Shown in pieces: positions 12,187-26,110 of a DNA stretch of 64,000 nucleotides. Made by a program: the position numbers and the translations under genes. The notes beneath the pieces are model-generated. The model saw only the letters and a list, made by a program, of their open reading frames with translations. It was not told the DNA's origin and ran no database searches. How positions within the stretch are numbered: the stretch's first letter is position 1; every line of letters starts with the position of its first letter. The DNA is from the human T2T-CHM13v2.0 reference genome, Homo sapiens: the NCBI RefSeq assembly GCF_009914755.1, contig NC_060931.1. One strand, given 5' to 3'.

Positions 12187-15100
12187 TTATTTACTTTTAC
12201 CTTTTAAAATGTGTGTGGGTATATTGTAGGTGTATATATTTATGGGGTACATGAGATGTTTTGATACAGGCATGCAATGTGAAATAAGCACATATGGAGA
12301 ATGGGATATCCATCCCCTCAAGCATTTATCCTTTGAGTTACAAACAATCCTATTACACTCTTTAAGTTACTTAAAAATATACAATTAAGTTGTTATTGTC
12401 TATAGTTACCCTATTGTGCTGTCAAATGGTAGGTCTTATTCATTCTTTCTAATTTTTTGGTACCTGTTAACCATCTCCACCTGCCCCCCACCCAACCCTC
12501 TACTACCCTTTTCAGCCTCTGGTAACCATCCTTCTGCTCTCTATGTCTATGAGTTCAATTGATTTGATTTTTAGATCCCATAAATAAGTGAGAACATGTA
12601 ATGTTTGTCTTTCTGTGCCTGGCTTATTTCACTTAACATAATGATCTTCAGTTTCATCCATGTTGTTGCAAATGACTGGATCTCATTCTTTTTTATGGCT
12701 GAATAGTACTCCATTTTGTATAATACCACATTTTCTTTATCCATTCGTCTGTTGATGGACAGTTAGGTTGCTTCCAAATATTAGCCATTGTAAACAGTGT
12801 GGCAACAAACATAGCAGTGCAGATAATCTCTTTGATATACTGATTTTCTTTCTTTTTGGTATATACTCAGCAGTGGAATTCCTGGATCATATGGTAGCTC
12901 AATTTTTAGTTTTTTGAGGAACCCCCAAACTAACTATTCTCCATAGTGGTTATACTCATTTACATTCTCACTGGTAGCATACAAGGGTTCCCTTTGTCCA
13001 CATCCTCAGCAGCATTTGTTATTTTCTGTCTTTTGGATATAAGCCATTTTAGTTGGGGTGAGATTATATTTCATTGTAATTTTGATTTGTGTTTCTCTGA
13101 TGATCAATGATGTTGAGCACCTTTTTATATGTCTGTTTGCCATTTGTATGTCTTCTTTTGAGAGGTGTGTTTTCAAATCTTTTGTCCATCTTTGATCAGA
13201 TTATTAGATTTTTTTCCTAAAGAGTTGTTTGAGCTCCTTATACATTCTGGTTATTAATCCCTTGTCAGAGGGGTAGTTTGCATATATTTTCTCCCATACT
13301 GTGGGTTGTCTCTCCACTTTTTTTGATTGTATCCTTTGCTGTGTGGAAGCTTTTTAACTTGATGTGATCCCATTTGTCCATTTTTGTTTTGGTTGCCTGT
13401 GCTTGTGGGGTATTACTCAATATTCTTTGCCCAGACCAATGTCCTGGAGATTTTCCTCAAAGTTTTCTTGTATTAGTTTCATAGTTTGAGGTCTTAGACT
13501 TAAGTCTTTAATCCATTTCTATTTTAATTTTGTATATGGAGAAATATAGGGGTGTAGTTTCATTCATTTGCATATAGCTATCCAGTTTTCCCAGCACCAT
13601 TTATTGAACAGACTGTCTTTTCTTCAGTGTATGTTCTTGGCACTTTTGTCACAAATGAATTCACTGTAGGTGTGTGGATTTGTTTCTGGGTTCTCTATTC
13701 TGTTCCATTGGTCTATGTGTCTATTTCTATGCCAGTACCATGCTGTTTTGGTTACTACAGCTCTGTAGTATAATTTGAAGTCAGGTAATGTGATTTCTCT
13801 AGTTTTGTTCTTTTTTCTTAGACTAACTTTGGCTATTCTGGGTCTTTTGTGGTTCCATATACATTTTAGGATTGTTTTCTCTATTTTTGTGAAGAATGTC
13901 ATTGGCATTTCGATAGGAATTGCATTGAATCTGTAGATTGTTTTGGTAGTATAGACATTTTAACAATATTGATTCTTCCAATTCATGAACATGAAATATT
14001 TTTCCATTTTTTGGTGTTCTCTTTAATTTTCTTTATTGGTGTTTTATAGTTTTCACTGTAGAGGTCCTTCACTTCTTTGGTTAAGTTCATTCCTAGGTAT
14101 GTCATTTTATGTGTGGTTATTGTAAAGGGGATTACTTAAAAAATTTCTTTTTCACATTTTTTACTGTTGGCATATACAAATGCTACTGATTTTTGATGTT
14201 GATTTTTTTATCCTGACACTACTGAATTTTTTAGTTCTAATAATTTTTTTATGGAATGTTTAGTTTTTTCCAAATATAAGATCATATCTTCAGCAAACAA
14301 GGATAATTTGAATTCTTCTTTTCCAATTGTGATGCCTTTTATATAGTTCTCTTGTCTGATTGCTCTAGTTAGGACTTTCAGTACTATGTTGAATAACAGT
14401 TGTGACAGTGGGCATTCTTGTTGTGTTTAAGATCTTAGAGGAAAAGCTTTCAGTTTTCCCTGTTCAGTTTGTTACTAGCTGTGGTCTGTGATATACGGCT
14501 TTTATTATGTTGAGGTATATTCCTACTATGCCCAGTTTTTAAAGGGTTTTTATCATGAAGGGATGTTGAATTTTATCAAATATTTTTTCAGCCAACTGAA
14601 TTGATCACATGGTTTTGGTCCTTCATTCTGTTGCTCTGAGGTATCATGTTGATTGATTTGCATATATTGAGCCATTCTTGCATCCCAGAGATAAATTCTG
14701 CTTGGTCATGACGAATGATGCTTCTAATGCATTTTTTGAATTCTGTTTGCTAGTATTTTCTTGAGGATTTTTGCATTAATATTCTTCTGAAATATTGGAC
14801 TGTAGTTTTCTTTTTTGACGTGTCTTTGATTTTGGTATCAGGGTAATACTGGCCTTATAGAATGAGTTGGTAAGTATTCCCTCCTCCTCTGCTTTTTGAA
14901 AGAGCTTAAGTAGAATTCGTTATTAGTTCTTCTGTAAATATTTGATAGAATTCAGTGGTGAAGCCATCAGGTCCTGAGATTTTCTTTACTGGAAGGCTTT
15001 TTATCACAGTTTCAATCTCATTACTTGTTTTTGGTCTGTTCAGGTTTTGAATTTCTTCTGGTTCAATCTTGGTAGGTTGTATGTATCTAAGAATTTGTCC

Positions 15101-16820
15101 ATTTCTTCTAGATTTTCCAATCTATTGGCATATAATTACTCATAGTAGCCACTAATGTTCCTTTAATTTCTGTACTATCAGTTATACCATCTCCTTTTTG
15201 ATTTTATTTGTTTAGATCTTCTCTCTCTCTTTTTTTTCTTAGTTTGGCTAATTAATGGCTTGTCAATTTTGTTTAACTTTTCAAAAATCAGCTTTTTGTT
15301 TCATTGATCTTTTGTAGTGTTTTTTTATTTTAATTTCATTTATTTTTTGCTCCTATCTTTTTAATTTCTTTTATTCTACTAATTTTAGGGTTGATTTACT
15401 CTTGCTTTTCTAGTTTTAAAGATGCATAGATTGTTTATTTAAAGTTTTTCCTCTTTTTCGTGTTTATTTAAAGTTTTTCCCTTTTTGATATAGGTACTTA
15501 TAAAGTACCTATAAAGTTATAAACTTCTCTCTGAGTACTGCTTTTGCTGTATTCCTTTTTTTTATGAGACAGAGTATTGCTCTGTTGCCCAGGCCAGAGT
15601 GCAGAGGCAGTTTCGACTCGCTGCAAGCTCTGCCTCCCGGGTTCACACCATTCTCCTGCCTCAGTCTCCTAAGTAGCTGGGACTACAGGCGCCCGCCACC
15701 ACGCCCAGCTAATTTTTTTTGTATTTTTAGTAGAGACGGGGTTTCACTGTGTTAGCCAGGATGGTCTCAATTTCCTGACCTCATGATCTGCCTGCCTCAG
15801 CCTCCCAAAGTGTTGGGATTACAGGCGTGAGCCACTGTACCTGGCCGCTTTTGCTGTATCCTATAGGTTTTGGTATGTTGTGCATCTGTTATCATTTGTT
15901 TCAATAAAATTTTCAGTTTCCTTCTAAATTTCTTAATTGACTGATCATTCAAAAGCATATTGTTTAGTTTCCATGTGCTTGTATAGTTTCCAAAATTCCT
16001 TCTGTATTGGATTTCTAGTTTCATTCTGTTGTGGTCTGATAAGGTGCTTGATATTATTTCAATTTTTCTGAGTGCTTTAAGATTTGTTTTGTGTCTTAAC
16101 ATATGGTCTATCCTTGAGAATCATCTATGTGCTGAGGAAAAGAATGTGTATTCTGCAGCTCTTAGATGAAATGTCTGTAAATACCTATTAGATCCATTTG
16201 GTCTATAATGCAGACTAAGTCTGATGTTTCTTTGTTGATTTTCTGGATAGAAGATCTGCCAATGCTGAAATTGGGGTGAAATCTCCAGTTATTATTTTAT
16301 TGGGGCCTATCTCTCTCTTTAGCTTTAAAAATTTTTGCTTTATATATTGGGGTGCTCCCATGTTGGGTGCATATATATTTAAAATTGTTATATCCTCTTG
16401 ATGAATTGACTCCTTTATTAGTATATAATGACCTTCCTTGTCTCTTCTTATAGTTTTTGTCTTGAAATCTATTTTGTTTGATGTAAGTACAGTGACTCCT
16501 GCTCTTTTTTGGTTTCCATTGTCATGGAATATCTTTTTCCATCCTGTTATTTTCAGTCTATGTGTGTCTTTATAGGCAACAGATCAGTGGGTCTTATTTT
16601 TTCATTTGTTCAGCCAGTCTATGTCTTCTGATTGAAGGGTTTAGTTTATTTATATTCATTGTTATTATTAATAAGTAAGAAATTACTCCTGCCATTTTGT
16701 TATATGTTTTCTGGTTGTTTTGTGATCTTCTCTTCCTTCTTTCTTTCATTTCTGTCTTCCTCTAGTGAAGATGATTTTCTCTGGTGAGGTAATTCATTTT
16801 ATTGATTTTTATTTTTTGTG
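12187..16820 (-). mobile_element. LINE-1 L1MA1-like, ~4.6 kb including an AluY insert, 5' truncated
   Basis: 3'UTR GCAATGTGAAATAAGCACAT..GGAGAATGGG; ORF2 remnants (13624-13908 [21 protein letters not shown]; 15797-16102 SDHNRMKLEI); 15-bp TSD AATAGCTAATTCTTT (12172-12186) / AATAGTTAATTCTTT (16821-16835). Confidence 0.92.
15556..15846 (-). mobile_element. AluY inserted in L1MA1
   Basis: AluY diagnostics CTGCAAGCTC, GGGTTCACACCATTCTCC and GTGTTAGCCAGGATGGTCTC; 13-bp perfect TSD GCTTTTGCTGTAT (15540-15552 / 15847-15859). Confidence 0.95.
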
Positions 16821-18235
16821 AATAGTTAATTCTTTGCATGAGGATTATATGTGACAATTCAGGAAAAATACAGTTATTTCTAAATTAAATGTGTGGTGAT
16901 TCTTTTGTTATTTTCCTAAATGAAAAGAAATAGATGAGGTTAAGTTGATGACTTGTGAATACATAATTATGCCTGGGAGTATGCCTCTTGAAACTTCAGT
17001 GCAAAGGATTTTTATTACTCATTCATCTTATTTAATACTATTATTTAGTAGTAAGTGTGTTCATATCCTGTGACAAGAGAACTATCTCAAATGAAGACAT
17101 TATTATTATATTGACTGCAATTATGCAGCCTTTGAAAAATCCCCAAAACACTATCATATTTTTCATTATAATCTTTAATTTGTAAAATATGTGAATCAAT
17201 AAGAGAAAGATCAGAAAATGGAATGGGCATCTAGTTTTGCTTCTATTTCTATACTGATAACATTTTGGCACATTGTTTACATTTTTATAAAGATGTTTTT
17301 GTAGCTGCTAAACTATGTTGAAGTTAATATTGACATAAGCCTTATTTTGTCTTTGAAACTAAGAAATATAAGGACAATATACATATAGTTGTTAAAACCA
17401 TAGGTTACTAAGCAATCACTAAGCTATCATGATAGTGATTAAAGGGCTGCAGGTGTCAGGGAACCAACAACTCACTTAGAAAAAGAAGAATGTTAAGTAG
17501 CTTGTGAGCACCACTGTGATGTGGCCTTTTTCCTCTCTTAACAAGAAAAGAGAGCAAGAAGCTGAGAAAAGAGAGATTATCCTTTTGTATAACTTAAAAA
17601 GCAGAGGACTTTTAATTCCTAAAAAGATATCTTTCAATATAAGAAAATCTTTGCAAAATAGGAAGGGTAAATTATTATAATATCTTCTTAATTCTGTATT
17701 TCATTATTTTAAGTAGCATTTATCTCTCCATAAGATCCTATTTTTTTCTGTGCTGAGAAAATCAGCTCAGATTCAAATAGCATAAAAAGATAACTATTCA
17801 AGGGAAAATACAGCATTCTTTAAGAGGATTTCTTTTGAGAAGATAATGTTATAAGGTGGAGGTGAAGCTAATGTGTTAAACATTTTTTCTGTAAACATAT
17901 TTTATTTCACAATATTTGAAAAAGTTTATCCTAAGGTTTGGTATTACTCTTATTTCTAATTTTGGTTTTCACTGCACTTTTGCTTGATTAGGAGAATAAG
18001 TGAATATAATGAGGTAGATGTTACTGATTTATGAAACCCCTGGTATCAAAAGCTGGGGTTACTTACTGCCTCACTGTCCCCAAGATTCATGTGCACTGAA
18101 TTAGGATGCTTATAATGGTGAGTCACTGAATTTGCTGGCTTTCTGCTGTGTCTGTAGGCACGCATTTTCAAGAGCAACAGTCAGACTGTGTTCAGTCAAG
18201 GATCACAGATTAGAGGGACCTGACATGACTCCTAA

Positions 18236-18671
<436 letters not shown>

Positions 18672-19235
18672 AAAAAATAATTTTTTAAAAATATAATTTC
18701 TCAGTGATGAATTTGAGTTGTTTTAGTGCACTCTGCTGTTTCTTTGTTGATGCAAACCATGGGTTCTACTTCCAACACTGCTACATTTTACCTGAGACAG
18801 TGACTTTTCTTTCTCTTACTGTTTCAAAAAAATTTTCACCAGATCTAGTTTTTGTTGTTGCCTAGAAGAAATTAGTGGAGTTTTGCAAGTATATTCTGGC
18901 CAATGGAATTATAATTATTACCTCACGTTTGAAAAAAATTTTGCATATATATACATAATATACTCTTCTTCTTATATACCTATTGCATCATGGCTACTCC
19001 TACTTGTGACCTTGTGCCCATATGTCTATATGGACAAACATAAACAATAATATAAATTTACTGAATGATAGATTTTATGATATAGTCCGGGAGGATATTT
19101 TCTTTTTCCTAGCCTAGTTCTAAAAGATGGTGAATGAGACTGTCTTAAAAATAGTTCCTAAAATGTTTCAAATTTTTATAATGCCATCTTGTCAATTCCT
19201 CTTTAAAGAAATTTGAAATTAACATTAATTACAAT

Positions 19236-19429
19236 CAGCAAATGTTTAATAACAAGATCTCTGGGGGAAAAAAGGCTTGATAAGTAGTGTTTGCTGACTT
19301 CCATGGTGTAAATACTTCTGTCAAGCACGGTTTCAACTGCCAACCTGAAATTATTGAATGCTGAGTGGGAAGAGATGAACACAATTCGTTCAACTCAGAC
19401 TAGTATGAGCCAGCTCCAGCCCACCACTG
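19236..19429 (-). mobile_element. MER63A-like hAT MITE
   Basis: Ends GAGCCAGCTCCAGCCCACCACTG (reverse complement of the MER63 start CAGTGGTGTGCTGGAGCCGGCTC); internal CCATGGTGTAAATAC. Confidence 0.75.
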
Positions 19430-19878
19430 ATTACAATTCCATTTATAGTAACAGTCATTTGACCTAATAAAAGCTGAAATTATAAAATTGTTTAAGTGAA
19501 TAAGACTTTTAAAAAGTCTTATTAGATTTTACAATACACTAAATTACTTTAATATCTTTTTCTTTTCTTTTTTTTTTTTTGAGAGGAGTGGCCCAAGAGA
19601 ATGATCTGAGTACTTATAAATAGATACTCATTGTAGGAAAGTATATATTAGAACAAGTCCCAGATATTGAAAATAGTGCCAGGTAGTCAGAGACATAAAT
19701 TATCCCAAATTCCTTTTTCATCTGGACAGCAATCCTTCCTGGTTAACACTGAGTGTTTATTGCTACTAATTCTAATACTTGCTATCTATAAGAGAGATGA
19801 GTAGAAAGCATCCTTCTACAGTGAATTTATGATTTTAAAACATATAGCTTTTTTGTTTATAGAAAAGGTAGTCTAGAA

Positions 19879-20849
19879 TAGTACTCCTCAAACTATATTT
19901 TACAAACTGCTGTGGGTCTAATAATTGTTTATAACTGTTCTGTGATGAGACGTTTAAAAATTGAAGCAAGTATTTAGAAGCTTTCATAGCAATTTGACAT
20001 TTTTATGATATCTGTGTTCATAATTAGTAAACTCATATGATAAGTCTATATACTGTGGCCTGTGCTCACTGAACAAAGAATAGACTAGTTTGGATTTTAC
20101 AATACTTTTACGGGATAAGTTGTTAAGAATTGGCTATGTTGAAGGATTGAAGATGAAAATGTATCATTTGCCTCATTTTGTATAAAAGGTAAAAATGAAT
20201 ATTTAAAGCAATTGCCAAAATTGCTTTAAAATCTCTTTTATTTCTATGAATATACCTTTGTGAGACTGGTTTCTTTACTGTGTGTTATTAAAACAAAACA
20301 GAAAGTGTTTAGAACTCATTATTTCCTTCAAGTAGCATTGTTGTTAATCCAACCTTGATTAGATAATTTAACAAGCAATATGCAAGCCCATTTATTCCAC
20401 TAAAAACTTTAAATACTGATATATCAGTGTTTGTTCAAAGTGTATGAATTGGCATTTAATATGGGCAATTGCTATTTCTCTACATACTCTTTAGTTATCA
20501 CTGTGGAATGACAAAAAGTTACAAGTATATTAGAAAGTCTCTATATCAATTGCCTGTGCACACTTTTAAATTTCTTTTAATAAATAACACACACAATTTT
20601 GCAATTTATTATAATTCTTCTGTCCCCTTTATGTTTTTTTCTGATTATATGTATTGAAATGTAATTTTACGTTTCTTGAATTTAATAATATGTTAAAATT
20701 CATTTTCTAATTGCTTATTTTTATTATATTTTATAAAAATATTGGTCCACAATAAATTGGGAAAGAAAAGCAAAAAAAAAAAAAAAAAAACAACAAACAC
20801 CAGAAAACAAAAAACTGATTCTTCACCATAGATAGTTTGAAAAGTACTG
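19879..20849 (+). mobile_element. hAT-Charlie DNA transposon (Charlie2-like), internally deleted, with a transposase C-terminal remnant
   Basis: TIRs TAGTACTCCTCAAACT / AGTTTGAAAAGTACTG; 8-bp TSD GTCTAGAA / GGCTAGAA matching the NTCTAGAN target; 20253-20273 encodes YLCETGF and 20383-20403 encodes QAHLFH* (hAT dimerisation domain). Confidence 0.85.
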
Positions 20850-20929
20850 GGCTAGAACACTACCTATTAAATAGAAGTTGTTTGATAATTATTTGTTAAT
20901 TTTATTTTATGTTCTCTCTGCTACATACT

Positions 20930-21600
20930 ATGTCTGCATCTTTCTACAGCTGACTCTTTCTCATCCTTTGAGATTTCAGATCCATATCACATTCTACAGA
21001 TTCTTTGCCCCTGCCTCAGTCACTCATTGGATGGCCTTCTTTTATAATTTTCATGGCACTGATTACTTTCTGAAATTATCTTGGTTATTTGCTTATTGCT
21101 TCTCTTCCTTTCCACTAGAATTCAAACTCGATGAGTGTAGAGACACTATATCTCTTGTTTGTGTCTGTATCTTCGAAGACTAGTGTATTAGTCCATTTTC
21201 ATGCTGCTGATAAAGATATACCTGAGACTGGGCAATTTACAAAAGAAAGAGGTTTAATGGACTTACAGTTCCACGTGGCTGGGGAGGCCTCATAACATGG
21301 CAGAAGGTGAAAGGCACATCTCACGTGGCAGCAGACAAGAGAAGAGAGCTTGTTCAGGGAAACTCCTTCTCATAAAATCATCAGGTCTTGTGAGACTTAT
21401 TCACTATCATGAGACCAGCATGGGAAAGACCTTGCCCCCATGATTCAATTTCCTCTCACCAGCTCCCTCCCACAACATGTGGGAATTCAAGATGAGATTT
21501 GGGTTGGGGGACAGCAAACCATACCACCTAGTATTGTTCAGGAAGGATTCAAACATATAGAAGATACTCAATAAATATCTGGTTAATGTATTAATGGATG
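20930..21600 (+). mobile_element. L2 3' fragment interrupted by THE1
   Basis: CTAGAATTCAAACTCGATGAG...GATACTCAATAAATATCTGGTTAATG is an L2 tail signature; boundaries approximate. Confidence 0.55.
21184..21526 (-). mobile_element. THE1B-like solo LTR
   Basis: TGTATTAGTCCATTTTCATGCTGCTGATAAAG...CAAACCATACCA; TSD ACTAG/CCTAG. Confidence 0.92.
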
Positions 21601-22763
21601 TGGGAAAGGGGAACCATTTTACTTGCAGTGGCAACTCTGAGCCACTTGAGTTGGGAATTATGAGAAACTTGGTGAAGACAGCTTGTCAAAGATATGAATA
21701 GGCCTTTTGTTGCTATAAAAGCATTCACTTATGGAAGTGAAATATATTTGTCATTAGACAGATGAACTTCCCTTCCATTGCCTATGTAATCAGCCCCTCA
21801 AATGTCAGCTCTCCATCAATAAACTCACTGATCCATTTTTCTCTTGAGAAGTCCAATGCGTTATCATATATTTTTAGTGTCATCCTTTCTGGAAAAGGGA
21901 TGTATTCATAAATACTCATTGTAGAACATGTTCTTTACTTGGGATCTATAGACGTCCTGAAATTGGGTATAAACTGTGAATATGTACATTTTAAAAGGAA
22001 ACTGTGATAACTATCATCAGATTTTAAATAGATTAATAATTCCTAAAAGATTAATAATTTCTTTTACATAAACTCCAGAAAATGTAACTAAGAAAGTCTC
22101 AGAAATAATGCAGAGTTTCTGTATTTTGGCACCAGTTTTTAATAAATCTAAAGGTAAAGGTAGAAATCTATAAAATACTTATTTCTATATTTTTGGATAT
22201 ATCTAGAATTACATTCTCCATCATTGATGTGGTGAGGTTGATAAAACAAGGTAGGTGGCAGGCTTTCTGAAGATGAGACACATTCTGCAATTAATTATTT
22301 TTGCACAAAAATATAATTGATAGCACTGTGTAGATTTCAAATAAATCAAAAGACACCAACAAAAATCAAGTGGAATTACTGTCTTGATATGTGAAAATTT
22401 TTCTGTGTTAAGTATTACAATAACTCTAATCATAACTAATAACTAAAATCCATCACATATGATGGATCAAAGTCTACTTTGATAACAGGGTCAGCTTGAA
22501 TTTTGTGTTTTTAAAAATAGGGCCCAGAAATACTAACCAGATTTATTACTGCATGCCCACTGTGTCATTTCTAATACAGGATGTATTAAATAGATTTAGA
22601 TGTAGATTTCATCCTAATTTAGTCTGGAAACAGAGCCAAACTAAATTGTCAGTTTGATGTATTCAATCAATTCTAATTTATTTTAGATTATTGAAAATAT
22701 CACACATGCCAAAGTCTGTTGTCTCATTTTAACCTTAGTGATGAAGAATAATGAAAGTGCTAT

Positions 22764-23064
22764 GGTTGGGTGCAGTGGCTCACACCTCTAATCCCAGAGC
22801 TTTGGGAGGCTGAGGCAGGAGGATTGCCTGAGGCTAGGAGTTTGAAACTAGCTTGGGCAATGCAGTAAGACCTTCATCTCTTTAAAAAAAAAATTAGCCA
22901 GCTGTGGTGGTGCATGCCTGTAGTCTTAGCTACTTAGGAGGCTGAGAGGGGAGGATCACTTGAGACCAGAAGTTCAAGGCTGCAGAGAACTATGATGATG
23001 CTACTGACCTCCAGCATGTGCAACAGAGCAAGAATCTCTCTTAAAAAAATAAAAAATAAAAAAA
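22764..23064 (+). mobile_element. AluJ
   Basis: GGAGGATTGCCTGAGGCTAGGAG and GGAGGATCACTTGAGACCAGAAGTTCAAGGCTGCAG are J-type diagnostics; A tail. Confidence 0.92.
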
Positions 23065-23165
23065 GAGTGTTGGTTTTGGAAAATCTACTTTGAGTATATA
23101 ATATTTATCTTGCACCTATATCGTGCCAAGTATTAACAGTCTGGCTGTCATTGCCTTCAACATTA

Positions 23166-23503
23166 TAGTTGTTCTTCCATATTCTTGGAGGATTGGTTCT
23201 AGAGGCTCCCAAAGATATGATACCAAAATCTGAGAATGCTCAAGTCCCTGATATAAAATGGAGTAGTATTTGCATATAACCTATGCACATCCACCTTATA
23301 CTTTAAGTAATCTCAGATTACTTATGATACCTAATACAATGCCTACACCTCACTTCATTCATGTGAATTCAATGTGGTACTCAGCCCACAGCAAATTCAA
23401 GTTTTGTTTTTTGCAACTTTCTGGAAATTGTTTTCCAAATATTTTTGATTTGCTGTCTGTTGAATCCACTAATGTAGAACTCATGGTTATGGAGGGCTGA
23501 TTG
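23166..23503. mobile_element. MER2/MER2B (TcMar-Tigger non-autonomous element)
   Basis: TA at both flanks; internal GCTCAAGTCCCTGATATAAAATGG..GTATTTGCATATAACCTATGCACATCC; end ATGGAGGGCTGATTG. Confidence 0.85.
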
Positions 23504-24534
23504 TATATTGTTAGCTGGATGAATTTATAACATATACTTTTCTACTTCGGTATTTTAAAACAAACATAACAAACCTATATCTTCTATAATTTTGTTTTTT
23601 TTCAGAAAACACTTACCTAAGTTGTTGAGGCCACTATGAACATAAAGTTGATATTGTAAATTATATATGGTGAATATGAAGTACTTTAGAATTTTAAAAC
23701 TTTGCTCTTTAAAATTTTTAGTGCTTCATGGAGAAGCCTGTTAGTATTCTAGGGTGAACCCATATTTCATGTTAAGATCAACATATGGAGAACTCATAGG
23801 AAAAGTTTAGTAATTTCTATATGGTTTTGACATATGACATATCTGAATTTTAAAAAGATAAACATGTAATTAGAACATTATTTTTCTTAGTCATGGCATC
23901 AGTGATTTTTATTCATTTTATTCAAGATATGTTTTTTAAAAAGGTTCATTTTCTTAAAAGATATAGGAAAAGTTTGAGCTTTCTTGAGGTTACTCTAATT
24001 TCTTCCATGTTTTCCTTAAAATAAAGCCATCAAGAAATATACTAGAAAAAGTCATTATATGCCTTGCTGGCACAAAAATGTCTTCGATTATATCAAGCAC
24101 TTAGTATCTTACGAATTACAGTAGAGAGTAATAAATATCGAGAGGTGTTTCTGACCACTGATGCCCTATTTTTTTATGTTGGAGCTGAGCCTATATGTAA
24201 ACTATCAGATGGTAGAGGTGGTTGCTGCTTTCTACTCAAGAAGAGTATCATCTATAGAATAGAGCATGACTCACAAATTGATAATGAGGTCTTCTCTTTT
24301 TCTGTGGGTTTCAAAGTTCCACAGTTAATTCTATTGCCACACTGTTACAGTTTGCCCTCTTTATAAGCTCTTTGAGGTCTGTATCCTTTCTTTTTAAATA
24401 TAATTTTATTTTTTATTGCAGAAATGTTTTACAATGAACATTGCTCACTTTTGTTATCAGAAAAAAATTGCCGATTAAAGCTATTTATTTTAAAAACTTG
24501 CTCTTGTGTGGAGGATAACATAGTCAATGTTGAA

Positions 24535-24772
24535 GAATGAGGTGGGGTGATGGAGAGTGTTGGAGTCAGCCTCTTTAGATTTGTAACACAGCTCTGATCC
24601 AAACCAGCCAAGTTAGGTAAAAAATTATGTAGGCTTTTTGTGCCTCAGTTTTCTCAACTAAAACATGAAAATAACAATTTCTCCCTCAAGGGATTGTAAT
24701 GATTAATTGAATGATTACATGATAAGCAATTAAGCCTGGCACATGGTATGTGCTTAGTAAATATAAGTTATC
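24535..24772 (+). mobile_element. MIR
   Basis: Core TGTGCCTCAGTTTTCTCAACTAAAACATG; 3' GCCTGGCACATGGTATGTGCTTAGTAAAT. Confidence 0.75.
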
Positions 24773-25629
24773 AGATGGAACATGTATTATGTACAATGTA
24801 ACATAGGTTGTTTATATAGGATATTTTTTTCTAAGAAAATATTTGCTGGATTTTATTTCTGGCAGGTTAAATCAATTCTGATATTAAAAAGACCATAAGA
24901 AGCTGCCCTTTATCATATACATAATTTTCTACCTTGGTGTAGGAAGTGACCAAGGAGCCTGAATTAAGAATTCATCTTGATTTTGCAGACCCACTTCAGG
25001 GCAAGAACTTTTTGGAGACTCTTCCTTAAAATAGTTTGGTGCTACTTCTACTGCTGTAATGATTAACAGTTTGTGTCAATAAATTTCAACACACAGATTT
25101 ACATTTTCTAATCATAAGTGTGTCCTTACTTGAATTGAGTTCATTGACTTTGGGGAGAGATCATTTCCTGTTACATTTTCATCTCAGCACTGGCAAGCAA
25201 ATGATGATGCTCAAAGGCACTTGCAGGTGACAAAGGATATCTTGAAGCATTTTTTTTTTTTTTGAGAAAAACTGACCTCCTGAACTTTCCACGTTTTTAT
25301 TACTAAGCATGCTCTGTAGAGTCGTTTCATCCACTGAGGACAATAAAAAGTGTTTATAAATGAGTTTCTGTTTATATGTACTCTTTGCTCTATTTTTAAA
25401 AAATGCTTAGTGAAGGATGTGCTAATCTTTCTGTGATAAATTTATCACAGGAGTATTTTTCATCTTTAAACTGTCAAAACTTGATTTACTATGAGGAGGT
25501 ACTTTATGTATCCCGGGGATGTTTCCATAACTGTTTAGGTAACTGTAACAGCACCAGGCAGCAACTGAGGCTGGAGCTGGCTCATAGCAGATCTTGTTTA
25601 TTGCCTAAACCTATCTACAGTTCCACATA

Positions 25630-26110
25630 AAGCAAATATTTATGGAACACTTACTATGTACCAGATACTGGCAACACAAAGATAAGTGAGACAGAATCTC
25701 TTCCCCTACCCCTCAAAAGTAATACTTTAGTGAGTAGATTGTCTTTAATAGAGAAGTTACATAACAGTGTAATAAAGGCTGTGATAGAAATACAAATAGA
25801 TAGCTATTAAGTTCTCAATAGAGGGCACCCTACAGGTATAAGTTTGCCAAGGAAAAACGAGAATAAGGACCCTGGAAGTGGAAGGAACAGTATGCAGATA
25901 AATGCAGAGCCTTTTAAGGATATTGTTTGCTGAAATGTTTAAGGAGAGAGAGGCGTGGCAGGAAATGGAGCAGCGGTGGTTCTGTGGGCTCAATTATATG
26001 GATTTTTTGTCTGTAGTGCCATTGAAAGATGTCCAAATCAACCTGTGAGCAAGTGGAGAAACAAAAGCTTTTAACCAGAGGTGACATGATCAGATTTTAT
26101 AAAGAAAACT
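25630..26110 (-). mobile_element. L2 fragment
   Basis: CAAATATTTATGGAACACTTACTATGTACCAG start; GTGACATGATCAGATTTT motif. Confidence 0.6.

Noticed and set aside
24064-24366. 100-aa ORF in unique sequence
   Set aside because: TTG start, no recognisable motif or exon boundaries; consistent with a chance ORF.
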